This document shows, in pieces, positions 1 to 15,065 of a stretch of DNA of 64,000 nt. Made by a program: the position numbers and the translations under genes. The DNA lies in contig OZ024742.1 of the NCBI GenBank assembly GCA_964016885.1, forward strand, positions 187,426,001 through 187,490,000, read 5' to 3'. This DNA comes from Eledone cirrhosa. Lineage: Eukaryota. Under the pieces are notes generated by a model. It saw only the letters and a program-made list of their open reading frames with translations. It was not told the origin of the DNA and made no database searches. The first letter of the stretch is position 1; every line of letters starts with the position of its first letter.

Positions 1-144
1 GAGAGTATTCATATATATGTGTATATATATATTTATACACCAATCTCTCTATATATATATATATATATACATATATTGATATATATATACATATATATAT
101 ATATATACATATGCATATACATATGTATATATATAGATATATAT

Positions 145-333
145 AACGAAGGAAATGTGGTAAGGAACCAAATGGGCCATAACGCACCAAAGTACTCAAC
201 ACTTAGGGTAGTAGAGTGGGTAATAGGAACGAGTAGGACCCCAACGGCTGAACTCTAGCCGTTTCGACGGCTAATTCTGTCCAGAATTAGCCGTCGAAAC
301 GGCTTGAGTTCAGCCGTCGGGGTCCTACTCGTT

Positions 334-338
<5 letters not shown>
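145..338 (-). mobile_element. Penelope-like fold-back terminus, family A, mini copy (unpaired tail 145-222; inverted arms 223-279/282-338)
   Basis: ATAGGAACGAGTAGGACCCC...CTAATTCTG-TC-CAGAATTAG...GGGGTCCTACTCGTTCCTAT is self-complementary; flanked by (TA)n; same outer ends as the 31846-33560 copy; contains the 3' half of a hammerhead (GAAAC-stem III-GTC). Confidence 0.75.
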
Positions 339-371
<33 letters not shown>

Positions 372-758
372 AACGTTCCTATATATATATGTGTGCATTC
401 CTTCACACACTTAGTATTTTCTGGCATGGAGGCGATGCAATAAGAGATATGTAGAAAAGATAAGAGAAAGCATTACTATGGAATATATAGCGACATTTCA
501 TGAAAACCCTGCCAATGCTATTGAAACAAGTTTCACTACAGATGAACATGCATCGATTTCTCTACAACTTATAGTAATAATATATATTATATGTGTAAAA
601 GTTCGTAATTCATTTTTTAGTATTTATCAATGTCAACTTTACATGGCTTACTACTTAAAAGAAATGAAAGTTAGAATAAATGGAAATACATAGAAAAACA
701 CACGTTTATATATGTATACACACACAAACACACACACATACACACACACACACACATT

Positions 759-798
<40 letters not shown>

Positions 799-1616
799 AA
801 TGTATCTGTGTGTGTGATGATGAAAGAAAGTTTTAGTATAAGTCGTAAATAACCGGGCAGTCCTACATTTATGTTCCAAATGTTATTTATTGAAATTTTA
901 GTCATACATTATGAAATTATAAATGCATTAAACAAAAGTTTAAAAAATATAACCATGGGTGATCACACACAAATAAGTGGATGTTAAAATATTATCTACA
1001 AACCTTGCTTTAAAAATGCATTGACTGCCCCGTTACTTATGGCTCATGCTGTATATTATGTAAGCTTCTGAGTCATTTTCATATATATCTAAGAAACCTA
1101 GGGTATGGACTAAAATACAATATTCTGACTATAACTTACATAATAGCATAATATCTCTAACTATATCTATCTCACAGCTTCTCCCTATATATATCCCGAA
1201 TAGAATTGTTGGGGGGGGGGGGTGACCACAGTAAATAATGTATGTATATATATATATATTTGGAGAGAGACTGTGTATATATACATGAGTATGTATAGAG
1301 ATTGAGCCTAGAAGGAGCAATTTCAGTTGGTCACGCAATGGTTCTATATTCCAATATTATTCTACCTAGTTGTCTTCTGTTAAATGTCGCAGGTGATTTA
1401 CAAATAATACATGTCGCAACACCCATTCACCAACATGCATTCAATAGTATGCATTCACAACCATGAATCAAACAACGTGCATTCAGCAGCACGTATTCTT
1501 TATTATTATGGAATATTTTGTGCGCCCGTAATATGGATATTGTTTAGGCAACACTATCGTACTGCTAAATATTATCTTTGCAAATGGGACGCCGAGATGC
1601 GTAATTTAATGTAATA

Positions 1617-2116
<500 letters not shown>

Positions 2117-2987
2117 AAGCGTGTGTATTTGACTTTTATATTCATAAATGTATAAATGCAGAACGTTTGTTGTTTGCAGGAACTAGCTTTGATAGATTAA
2201 TCATGGTTATTTCTAAAGGCAGGCATACTCTCTCATTCTTATAGAGAATGTCATCTAAGCTGCACCATTTCAACAAATATATCTCACTTGTACAGATTTC
2301 CTACTTCAGCTTCACCATTTCAATATATGCATCTTAGCGTCAGTTTGTAACTGTTTATAAATGGCTGCATCCTTGAGATTGCTGTAGGACTTTAACCCTA
2401 AAGCAAACCTATTCGCAGCTGTTCATTAACCCTTCGAACTGTGACCACTTCGTTCTTTTTTTTCAGGGGGAATGGCTTTAAACATTGTATGCTGTTACTT
2501 TTTTTTTATTTAACATATTAGGAAGTGTTTTGTGGCCGATTTGACTGCAATTTTTGGGCAGGTGGTTGAAGGTTTACGGAGAGAAAGAGAGGCGGGGCGG
2601 GAGGAATGGGGGACTGCCAGAAAGTGATTAAATGAGGTAGAGAGAGAGACTTCTTCGTACATAGATACATACAAAAATCTCCATTTTGGCTATAGTGTCC
2701 CGATATGTATTTGCGTGTGAATGAGTAGATATATATACGTCTATGTATGTGTGTGTGTTTATGTGTATGAGTATGTACGTTGTGAAACGTATAGCTACCG
2801 CAATTACTCAACTAAAACGGGCTTTGACCATAGCAAAGTGTTATTACCAGTGGTAAAGAAGATAAATAATTTCAATGATGTTTACGGAGATTTATGTCGA
2901 TGGGCGTTAGCATTTGATCAGATATAATCTTTACAAGTTCTAACACATTAGCTATCCTATATTGCTGGAAGCACACACACACACACG

Positions 2988-3056
<69 letters not shown>

Positions 3057-3225
3057 ATATAAGAAAAACTTCTGTCCGAAACGTTGAAATCACCTCCACC
3101 CCCTCCAAACATGAACTTAATATAAATGTGTAATTTTACTTCCTGTGATTTGTTTTGATTCATTTAACTCTCCCCTCTCTCTCTCTTTATATATATATAC
3201 ATGTATATATATATATATATAAATA

Positions 3226-3274
3226 TAAGGGTGAAAGCAGCGATTCTTTGCTTAAACTTCAATCTGTTATTTTA

Positions 3275-3281
<7 letters not shown>
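3226..3281 (+). mobile_element. Family D Penelope-like terminus fragment in (TA)n
   Basis: AAGGGTGAAAGCAGCGATTCTTTGCTTAAACTTCAATCTGTTATTTTAATAAATA matches 60573-60627. Confidence 0.7.
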
Positions 3282-3322
<41 letters not shown>

Positions 3323-3397
3323 CATAAGCACAGACACACACACAAGTATATATATATGAGGGCTTGGGTGTGTGATTGCATATATAGCTATATATAG

Positions 3398-3486
<89 letters not shown>

Positions 3487-4012
3487 AAATAGTTAATAGA
3501 TATATATTATATATCAAGTAGTTCAGACGTATTACACCTGTATCTACTCCGATATACAGACGTGCACCCGCACCTAAATGTATAGACACACAATCATACA
3601 AGCACAGTCACACACACACACCTATCCACACACATAATCAGTTACGAATCAATAGAATTATAATTTATTTCAGAAAATAAAACGATCTATATAACAAATT
3701 ACTTGAATGTACATATATTACTATTTAAGCAAGCAAACTTCTGTCAGTTACATTGATATCGAGTTAGAACCTCGAAACCTGTCTTAACGCCAACAATGTT
3801 AAGTATGGAGGGACCCGTAGCTCCTTATTGAATCGTACGGCGTACCAATAGTATATTAAACCCGGGTGGGGGTGGGGATAGGGGGTGGGGGCTATCCCAT
3901 CCCTTAGTCTGAAGATTTGAACACTGCCGCTCTCTTGCATTTAATCTCAAAATATCTAAAACTTTCTAATTAAGATGTCTCCTGCTCTGAATTATTGAAT
4001 TATTAATATGAT

Positions 4013-4052
<40 letters not shown>

Positions 4053-4054
4053 GA

Positions 4055-4223
4055 AATGATTGAGGACCCTGACGGGTGAGCTCCAGCGGTTTCGGATCTA
4101 TCCGTTTAAACGACCGGAGCTCAGCCGTCGGGGTTCTGAATCTTTTCCTATTACCCACTCTACTACCCCAAGTATCGAGTATTCTGTTGGGATATGGTCC
4201 ACCTCGTATTTTACTACACCCTT

Positions 4224-4228
<5 letters not shown>
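4055..4228 (+). mobile_element. Family A-related fold-back terminus (diverged)
   Basis: GAGCTCAGCCGTCGGGG...CCTATTACCCACTCTACTA...AAGTATCGAGTA shared with family A; short inverted arm ~4063-4085; TA flanks. Further diverged relatives at ~4395-4530 (-) and ~5470-5600 (+). Confidence 0.65.
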
Positions 4229-4312
<84 letters not shown>

Positions 4313-4335
4313 GATATATATATGTGATATGTGTA

Positions 4336-4378
<43 letters not shown>

Positions 4379-5009
4379 CACGATATATAAATAATCGGGA
4401 CTAAATCAGTATTAAACTAGTTAGACCATTATTCAACAGGGTACTCGAGACTTGGGATAGTAGAGTGTGACTATATTAGAAAGAGTCGGAGCCCAATGGC
4501 TGAGCTCTTGCCGTTTCGATAGCTGGTTGTATATATGTATTTGTATGTGTGTGTATGTATGCATGTATGCATGTATGCATGTATGCATGCATATACGTAG
4601 TATGCACATATATACTTTAAAATTCGAATTTTTTAATGATATTTAGAGGATAAATTTATGAAGTCGACTTTGTCGAATAATATTTTCGAGGGGCTGAAAC
4701 TCAAACTACAGTGCAAAATAGCCTAAGTATAAGGAATCCATTTAAAGAAAAGTAAAACAAGAATTCTAAAATCGATGTTTCTGCGCATCAAATCAGACTT
4801 CCTGCTACCAAAATACATAAATTAGGGAACGTAGCTCTTGCGCACACCAGGACACAATAGCGAACGAAAACAAATTCATTTCCACTTACAGTCTGACAGT
4901 AAAATACATTTATAGTTTATAGTAGTTTGATGTTTTCTGGTGTGGCTCTTTCATTTTAATTTCCGCGTTTATATATATATATATATATACAAGGAGGAAG
5001 TACAGTATA

Positions 5010-5052
<43 letters not shown>

Positions 5053-5073
5053 TATATATATATAAATAAATAA

Positions 5074-5136
<63 letters not shown>

Positions 5137-5155
5137 TATATATATAAATAAATAA

Positions 5156-5262
<107 letters not shown>

Positions 5263-5433
5263 AATATATATATATTATAGTTAAAACAGAAAACAAAAAA
5301 CAATAACGAAGAGTGCATTACAATGTGTTAGTATTAGGTTCACGCTTGAGATATATATGTATAAATATATATATATATATACGTGCGAAACTCTCGAGTA
5401 ACAACGCTCAGTATTCCGCCTTAATAAAATGAA

Positions 5434-5474
<41 letters not shown>

Positions 5475-5598
5475 GATTTAGGACCCCAAATGGTGATTAC
5501 CGGCCATTTCGACAGCTAGACCCCAACTTTTCGACGTCCTGACTCTTTTCTTATTACCAACTCTAAGTATCGAGTACTCTGGTATTTTACCCTTTCTG

Positions 5599-5777
<179 letters not shown>

Positions 5778-5784
5778 ATTTATC

Positions 5785-5811
<27 letters not shown>

Positions 5812-5815
<4 letters not shown>

Positions 5816-6111
5816 ATGGAGCTGCGCGTTGCAAATGGGATACATATGAAAAAGTAAGTCCTTCATCAGTGACCCTCCAACCGTCCCAGGCATTTCATCG
5901 CTTTAAGGGCCATATACCTCAAGTTGGGCGAACAACGGCTAAAAAAAGTCGTTGGGACACGTAACTGTTCACCCTAACGTCCCCTTTAGTTACGTGTCCC
6001 AACGACTTTTTTTAGCCGTTGTTCGCACCGACCTGAGGTATATGGCCCTTAAAGCGATGAAATGCCTGGGACGGTTGGAGGGTCACTGATGAAGGACTTA
6101 CTTTTTCATAT
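5812..6111. mobile_element. Fold-back element family B (arms 5844-5966/5988-6111)
   Basis: ~123-bp inverted arms, 21-bp spacer, unpaired 5812-5843, TA flanks; carries CTGATGAAGGA (5' half of a hammerhead core). Confidence 0.7.
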
Positions 6112-6131
6112 ATATATATATATATATATAA

Positions 6132-6167
<36 letters not shown>

Positions 6168-6193
6168 CGTAAGAGAAAGAGAGAGAGGGAGAA

Positions 6194-6287
<94 letters not shown>

Positions 6288-6861
6288 TATACGGGAGACC
6301 TTGATCGTGGGTAGTAGAGACATTCATAAAAAAAACCGGTTCTATAATTTTACAATAACCAGGGTGTGTTGGGGTTGGGTGTGGTGGGGTCTAAATGAAG
6401 AGTACAAACTTCCCTCTTATGGAATATGATCCATAATACAAAGAAAACAGATAATATTTGTAACTTTATGGAGATATTATTACAAAAGCCTGGCTCCTAC
6501 ACGACATCTTCACTAACAAAATCCTGTGATGTTAAAATATATTTTAGATTTAGGAATTGGTTTGTCCATTTGCAGGTCGTTCATTGACGTCTTTCTCTTT
6601 CATTCCATTATGATATGTGAACATCATGTATCTATAATATACATACACATTATTTTAGTTTTCTTTCTTATATTGTAATATACTATAAAATTTTATACCG
6701 TTCACGCTATCAAATCATATAAACCATTTTTATGGCATGATAAATAAATAAACGTACATATATATATATATATATATATGTGTGTATATTTATATATATA
6801 TGTGTGTATATTTATATATATATGTGTATATTTATTCATATATATATATATATATATATAA

Positions 6862-6961
<100 letters not shown>

Positions 6962-6981
6962 CATATATATAAACAAATACA

Positions 6982-7019
<38 letters not shown>

Positions 7020-7719
7020 AATTACTTTCATCGCTAACAAAATGGCTTCCTTTAGCGTAATATATTATAGATATTATTATTTTCTTGACTGGGAAATAAA
7101 AATATGGGACAATGAATTGTTGATAATATGTTTTGCTTTTTTAAGTATGTTATTATGGATTAAAATGAATACATTCATGCTATATTGAATTAAAAACAGA
7201 CGTCACTCCCAAACTCCACAATTTTAAACAATATCTTTTTTTCATCTCAAGTGTTCGTTTTATTGACACCGGGATATGGATCTACAATATCTAGGAAGAG
7301 ATTTATTGCTATTGAAGCACAATGTTCACTGTGCTCAAAACATTTTTCAAGTACCCATTGTAGAAAAACCAATAAGGGAATTTATATAAGATAAATTAAT
7401 TTACTGGAAATCGCACTCAAACTATAGATAAAACATAATCTTCTGTTATAAAATAAGGAATGCTAACTTTAATATTGCAATCCATGTCATATTGTGTGAA
7501 AATAGGTTGGCATATTCCAGGCTGGGATCCCTAGATTCATTGAGATGGATACATTAGTGCTAGTCTATCTATCTTTCCATCTGGCTATATATCTATCTAT
7601 ATCACTTTCTCTCTCTCTATCTATCTATCTATCTATCTACTATTCACACAAACAGTCGCTCTCTCTCTCTCTATATATATGTATATATGTACATATATAT
7701 ATAGATATATAGATATATA

Positions 7720-7781
<62 letters not shown>

Positions 7782-8299
7782 ATAGATAGATAGAGAGAGA
7801 GAGAGTGAGAGAGAGAGAGAGATATGTGTGTGTGTGTGTGTGTGTGTGTATTGGGAGCGGAAAGACCACAACTCAGAGAAGTTTGCGTGCACGTATAGTT
7901 ATGTACATGTCTGACGTCCGAACGAGCATCTTCAAACACAAACTATCTTCTCCTCTCCCCCCCTCTTCGGTATGAAGTTATATCCCCCGACTGAACTTCT
8001 ACGCAGGCTTGCTATATCCCTCTGACCTGCCATTATGATCCTAGACTATCTGACCCTATCCTACACACTCACTCGTCAGTGCCTTTTGTCATGTCGTCTT
8101 TCTTATTTCTTTTTATTCTGTTCATTCATCTTCACTTTCTTGCCACTCCTTGTGTTTTCCTATCTTTCTTCCTCTTCTTATTTTCTTCCCCTCTTCCTCT
8201 TTATCTACCCCCCTCTTATTTCCCTTAAATAATGAAGAGGACAAAAAGAGATAATTAACCGAAACCGCCGAATGCACGGGCGATCCTCTACCTTTACTA

Positions 8300-8331
<32 letters not shown>

Positions 8332-8494
8332 GTATTTTTAAAAATATATACATGCATACATATATATAGATATATATATACGCAAAAAATATATATTATA
8401 TAATCATATAGATGATAGATATAAATCTGCATATTTACATTGTCTTTCTATCTTTCTAGTGACAATGACATTGTTACACATTATTTCACAGTAG

Positions 8495-8681
8495 AAGGGC
8501 GGTGAATTGGCAGTATCGGTAGAGGGTCGGACGCCATGCTTTCCAGCATATTTACGTCCCCTTACGGTCTGAGTTCAAATCCCGTCGAGGTTAACTTTGC
8601 CTTTCATCCTTACCGGGTCGATAAAATAAAGTAGCAGTAATGAACTGGGTAATTGCTGGCCGTGTGCCAAAAGTAGAAACA
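8495..8681 (+). mobile_element. tRNA-derived SINE (Meta-like central domain) with 15-bp TSD
   Basis: A-box-like TGGCAGTATCGG, B-box GAGTTCAAATCC, core GCCTTTCATCCTTACCGGGTCGATAAAATAAAGTA; TSD ATTATTTCACAGTAG at 8480-8494 and 8682-8696. Confidence 0.9.
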
Positions 8682-9370
8682 ATTATTTCACAGTAGTAGT
8701 CATGCAAAGAAAGGTTTGCTAATAGATATTTCTACCTAACAATCCCTGTTTGTCCATAATTGAAAGGGTATTCTAGTTTGGCTAAATTATATTTAGAAGC
8801 TTAAAGAAATGATTTTATGAAAGATGTGAACTTTATAATATATTTAATATACAAACTAATGTATATATATGGATATTATTGCTGTGGAATTAATCACATC
8901 ATTATTTGATTTATTTCATTTAATTATTGCTAAGTTATAGCATGGTGTTTCTGTTCACAATCATAGAAATCGTCGTCAAGCATGATAAAAGGAATTTGAT
9001 AATATATCTTCTCATCTCACATGCTTATGTAGCACCATAATGAATGAATGAATGTTATTGGGTACTATCTTTTGTGTTCTCAGATAGAAAATAAATTCCA
9101 TGTGTACGATTCAACAATAAATTCATTTGTTTGTTTATTGTATTGTCATAGACATGAAAAGCGGGACTTTTACTTGCTGATGTGAAAGAGAACAGATTGT
9201 TCAAATGTGTTACATTGTGAAAATCCGTCATGCAGATATTATTATGAAAATAAGCAAACAATACACATTGGCCATTTTGGCATGAAACGAAACTTTCGAT
9301 TTAGATGAAAAGTATATACATGAAGGAATATATACACAGGCACATAACCCCCCTCCCCGACATATATATG

Positions 9371-9445
<75 letters not shown>

Positions 9446-9484
9446 ATATATATATATATATATACACACACACATATAGGTATG

Positions 9485-9517
<33 letters not shown>

Positions 9518-9544
9518 ATATAGATATATATATACACATATAGG

Positions 9545-9667
<123 letters not shown>

Positions 9668-10122
9668 TTGTATATACATAATAATATACACGTACATATA
9701 TATATATATATATTTAAGTATGTTACATAATTTAATTGACTTACACATGAACATACATGGAAATTTTAGGAATATAAATTCAAATACAAAGACACTAACA
9801 TCACGCATGAATGCTTATTTGTGAATACATATAGGCCATTTTTACACGAGACTTTAAATTACGATAGGATATATACATGAAACATTATATATATGTATAT
9901 AGATATATTTGAATACATATATATATATATATATATTTGAAGCACCGAGATTATTACATAATATATTACCTTATACCTATACAATACTATATATAGAATA
10001 ATATATATTGTCTCACGAGAATACATACGTGGTTGGCGTGAGATTATATATTTTCAATGTGAGTATATACATTAAATGATATATATATACATATATATAT
10101 ATGCACACATATAAATGTGTGT

Positions 10123-10177
<55 letters not shown>

Positions 10178-10704
10178 CACCTAATATGCCTAGAATGTTA
10201 CATAAATCCAATTCCGTACACATATGTTAAAATAGATTAATATATATATTATAGAGACACAAACATACCATGGAAAACAGAGACTTGGCTGCCTAATTGT
10301 GTATTTGTGTATGTAAGTTTGTATTCGTGTTTCTGTGAGTATGTATGCGCGTGTGTGCATGTGTGCGAATGTGTGTATGTGTGCTTGTATAACTGTGTGG
10401 AATATATGTGTATTGCTGAATATAGTGCAAGATAATTAAAGAAAGAAACGAGTACACAGATCGATTTCGAGTGGGGACACACTTAATTTCATCGTAGCTA
10501 ATAAGAAGGTATGTGTGATGGGTGGGGATGATGGATGGGGATGGGGTGGATGCTGAGAAACATCAACGCAGCATAGCAATGCCTTGTATTACAGCACAGC
10601 ACTAGAAGCTTCTGTCTGGAACATACAGTGTAGCACTGAATCATACTTACACTCTCACAGACACATACACATTAGTTCATATATGTATATCTAATACTAT
10701 TTGT

Positions 10705-10789
10705 ATATAGGTGTGTGTGCGTGTGTGTGTGTGAGCGATTGTGTGTGTGTTTGTGTTTGTGTTTATGTTTGTGTATGTATCTATATATG

Positions 10790-10821
<32 letters not shown>

Positions 10822-10928
10822 GAGCGGAAATATATATATATATAGGTGTGTGTGTGTATGTGTGTGTGAGCGTATGTGTGTGTATGTGAGGGTATGTGTG
10901 TGTGTTTGTGTTTGTGTTTATGTTTGTG

Positions 10929-10978
<50 letters not shown>

Positions 10979-11092
10979 GGGGGGTATATATATAGGTGTG
11001 TGTGTGTGTATGTGTGTGTGTGTGAGCGTATGTGTGTGTGTGTGAGGGTATGTGTGTGTGTTTGTGTTTGTATTTATGTTTGTGTATGTATG

Positions 11093-11128
<36 letters not shown>

Positions 11129-11275
11129 GCGCGGATATATATATAGGTGTGTGTGTGTATGTGTGTGTGTGTGTGAGCGTATGTGTGTGTGTGTGTGAGG
11201 GTATGTGTGTGTGTTTGTGTTTGTATTTATGTTTGTGTATGTATATATATATATGAGAGAGAGAGAGAGGGAGGA
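10705..11275. repeat. Higher-order tandem repeat: 4 x ~145-bp compound microsatellite modules
   Basis: Module TATAGG(TG)n-GAGCG-(TG)n-TTTGTGTTTGT..TTTATGTTTGTGTATG-(TA)n-(GA)n-GG recurs at ~10705, 10841, 10991, 11141. Confidence 0.85.
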
Positions 11276-11590
11276 GGGCAGAGAGAGATATAAATTAACG
11301 AAAAAACAAAGAACCAGAGATATATATGAAGAAATAAGAATACACCAGTGCACAGTGGTGTACGGATATGCAATATTTTATCGACAAATTGCCAACAGAC
11401 GATTAATAACGAGTATGGGTCCGTTAAAGTGCCACTGTTAAAAAACATTATTTTCAATTGTCAGTCAATGTAAACAGCCATTACGCACACATACAGACAG
11501 ACACACATACACACATACACACATACACGCATACCAACATATACACACACATACACACTTATAAATATATGTAAATATATATATGTATGC

Positions 11591-11680
<90 letters not shown>

Positions 11681-11837
11681 TAAGGTGTTCCAGAATCCCA
11701 CATTTTACACAAAATGTTTTTTTCTTAGGTCCCTATGCAGTTTCTCATGCCATTTTGTATATTATCAATTTATAATGTAGTTTTGGTTATTTCAGACTAA
11801 TTTAAGTCTTGCCTAATAGTTGCAAATTGGCAGAATA

Positions 11838-13790
11838 ATGGCGGAAACCAGTGGGCCTAGTGGTAGCTACTCGCTCCGTTATGATGATCGAGAAATATGG
11901 CTCCTGGAGCAATATGTTGCATCCTTTTCACCAAAGAAAATACCAACAAAGAGGGATGTTCTAAGATATTTCTTCTACCTGAAAGATGGTCCTATGAAAC
12001 ACGAAAAGCATGTGAGCTTAGTTGGTGCTATTGCGGAAGTCTTGTGATGGAAGTAGTTAGTCAGTGGGAAAAAGCTGGTGTGGCGACTCAACGAAAAGAA
12101 AAAGTGAAACTGAAAATTATGAACATGTACAGTGAATACAGAAATTTACAAAAAAACAAAGGTTCTAAGTCAAACAACGAAAAGGAAGCACTATTTATTT
12201 CTGAATTGGATTCGTATTTCTACATTGCACATACTGATGCTGAAAAGAAAATTTTGAAAGAATGTCTTTGTAATAATGAACAGAAAATGGAAGATGCTAC
12301 ATTTCTCGAAGCCCTGCGTTGCTTGAAAAAAATATCTCTGGGTGCTGAAGACAAGGGTTACCAGAAAAAGGTATCTTCAAAGTTTAAGCGTGATCAGGTT
12401 TCTGTGGCTCGTCGAGAGTCAGAGAATCATAGAAAGCGTGTGTCAGGATCTGTAGCAGCACAACTTCCACGTAATGAACTGAGTGACACAAGTTCAACCA
12501 ATGATGAAAGTGAAGATGAACGGGATCTTGAATTTGAGGCCTCAAACCCACCTAGAGACAGCTCAAAGTCAGACAATAAACGAAAAATCCAGCTGGAACT
12601 TCCAAAGAATCCATTTCAAAGTCCAAACATTTCTCTAATGCCTGATCGTTTAAACCTGACACTGGGCCAGAGAACAGCATTTATGACATCGATTATTTCT
12701 GAGGGTGGGACTGACATAGACGCCACAACTCTAATCAAAGAATAGTAGCAGACGTGCAGCTAAGGAGATCAGAACTGTGGGGGATGAACCAGACTTTGTT
12801 ACCTTGCATTGGGATGGCAAAATAATTCCTGGTGACGACGAGAGGCAAGGTGTGCTAGTTGCTGGAACTCCGGACTTCAAAGAACGTAAACTCCTTGGTG
12901 TTCCCATAATTCCTGATGGCACTGGAACCACCCAAGCCAAAGCATCATTTGTTAAAGATTTGAATGTTGATAGGTCTTTTCTGGACTTGGTCTCCGACAC
13001 AACTGCTTCGAATTCTGGATGGAAAAATGGTGCCTGCGTGAAACTATAAGAGATGCTCAACAAAAAGGTGTTTTATTTTGCTTGCCGGCACCATGTCATG
13101 GGGCGTATCTTGTGTGCAGTGTGGCAACAACTATTCGGAGCAATGTCCAGTCCAGACACCCCAGAGTTCAATGAGTTCAAAAAAGATTGGGTGTCACTCA
13201 CGGACAAGACCAATTTTAAAACATTGAACATTGTCGACCGGAGACTCAAGCGTTTGTGTTCTGAGAACGTCAAGTTCCTCCAAGATTTGCTGATATCCGA
13301 CGATGAGAATATGAGTTCTCTTCCACGGAACGACTACCCAGAATGTGCCGAGTTGATGTTGATCTTGCTTGGTGTCACCCCTCCTCGTGGAATTCATTGG
13401 ATGCTGCCTGGTGCACATCATAAACGCTCGGTGGATGTCCACAATCATCTATAGTGCAAAGGTGAATTACGATCAAGCTAAAATGGAAAAGTTGCGCCGG
13501 ATCTGTATGTTCAATGTTCTTTTCTACGTGCGATACCCGCTGACAGCACTCAAGTGTGCTGATGCAACATCCAATAACCTTCAATTCTACTTGGAGTTGA
13601 CACAGTACAGTAACGTTGACAGAGATCTCTCGCAGGCAGCCACTACTGCTCTGAGCAGGTATCTTTGGTACCTGACGGAAGAAGCCATTCTGCTAGCGCT
13701 GCTTTCAAGTCGGGTCCAATAGTCCGAGAAGAAACAAATACCCCAACGTCTTGTCAAAACGAAAACGTCTGGTCTTCTCGACTGAACTTG
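11838..13790 (+). pseudogene. Frameshifted, internally deleted DDE transposase
   Basis: Split over ORFs 11820-12047, 11897-12745, 12777-13049, 13053-13454 and 13369-13722; motifs LHWDGK, KLLGVP..PDGTG, DTTASNSGWKNGAC, ACRHH, PGAHH-ARWM, LWYLTEE; multiple stops and frameshifts. Confidence 0.85.
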
Positions 13791-13863
13791 TTTGTTCCTT
13801 GTACGCCTTTATATTCAAAGCTGGTTTACTAAATATAATGGATTAATAAAATAAACAATTATA

Positions 13864-13933
13864 ATGAAAATGTGAAACCAAATATCACCATACAATAATT
13901 ATTGTATGGTGATATTTGGTTTCACATTTTCAT
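13864..13933. repeat. Perfect 70-bp palindrome inside the transposon 3' region
   Basis: ATGAAAATGTGAAACCAAATATCACCATACAATAA|TTATTGTATGGTGATATTTGGTTTCACATTTTCAT. Confidence 0.95.
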
Positions 13934-14298
13934 GATTTCATGCAACATAATCACACTTTCCACTATAATCACCATGATATAGGCAAAATTCAAAATAATT
14001 TATTTTATACAAAATATGTTTTATTTTACCAATTGGCGCATTTATAATGGGAAAATGCAAAGGGAGCGTTAGTATTGTGACCTTGCTTTTTATGGCACAC
14101 TCTAATATATACATAAACGTCTACACATGAGTTGATACCATATAGCAGAGTCGTATTTATTATATTTATCTCTTGGATTGGTTCACGAGTTTCAACGTAA
14201 CCGTATACTTAGTTAACTATATTGTCTGACATTATAACTCCGGGTAGACCAGTCGTACCGACGGTAGATTCTACCACAGTTTATCTCATTTCATCTCA

Positions 14299-14565
14299 AG
14301 GCGCATGGCTTTGTGGGTAGTGTATTCGGCTTACAATCGTAAGTTTGTGAGTTCGATTTCCAGCGGCGCATTTTATCATTGACTCCACTCAAATTTGTAC
14401 CTGTAATGCGAATGGTCAGCCTTGTCACATTCTGTGTCACGCTGAATCTCCCTGAGAACTATGTTAAGGGTACGCTCGTCTGTAGAATGCTCAGCTACTT
14501 GGTCGTTAATTTCACGAGCTGACTGTCCGTTGATCGGATCAGCTGGAACACTCGACTGAATGCCT
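14299..14565 (+). mobile_element. Second tRNA-derived SINE family (diverged)
   Basis: TGGCTTTGTGGGTAG...GAGTTCGATTTCC head; body TCAGCCTTGTCACATT...TTAAGGGTAC...GTTAATTTCACGAGC also seen at ~27590-27700 and ~57810-58090. Confidence 0.65.
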
Positions 14566-14920
14566 CAGTTGTTTTTTTTTCAGCTTGCATACCACGTGAT
14601 TATTGTCACTTTCTTTAATTTTGGTACCTTCCATACCATCTTATGGCGGTGAAAAAGGCAAACATTTTCTTTTGAGCATCTCGTTCTGGGGTGTTTTCGG
14701 CCCCAGGTAAAACCGGCCCTTTTCGTCGTGTATTGTATGAATTTAATGTCGTCCATTTAATTCAATACACGTAAGGTTTATTCTGTTTTGTTTTTGTTCT
14801 AATACTCCAATGACGGTGCTTCACTATATTGTCAGACAATTTAGCTGTGTATGGGCCAGCAGTACCGTCAGCTCAGAAGTAGTCGGTACTATGATGACCA
14901 CGAAATCCTGTAATTGTTAC

Positions 14921-15022
<102 letters not shown>

Positions 15023-15065
15023 TACACGCACACACACACATATATATATACATTTATATATATGT

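Larger units (their letters stand above)
11681..14104 (+). mobile_element. hAT-superfamily (hATm-like) DNA transposon, decayed
   Basis: Exact 8-bp TSD ATATATAC (11673-11680; 14105-14112); imperfect TIRs TAAGGTGTTCCAGAA versus reverse complement TAGAGTGTGCCATAA; internal transposase remnants. Confidence 0.85.

Noticed and set aside
8228-8290. ATGAAGAGG...CCGAAACCGCC...GGCGATC as a hammerhead
   Set aside because: Core and stems are too degenerate to call, though the context suggests a PLE relic
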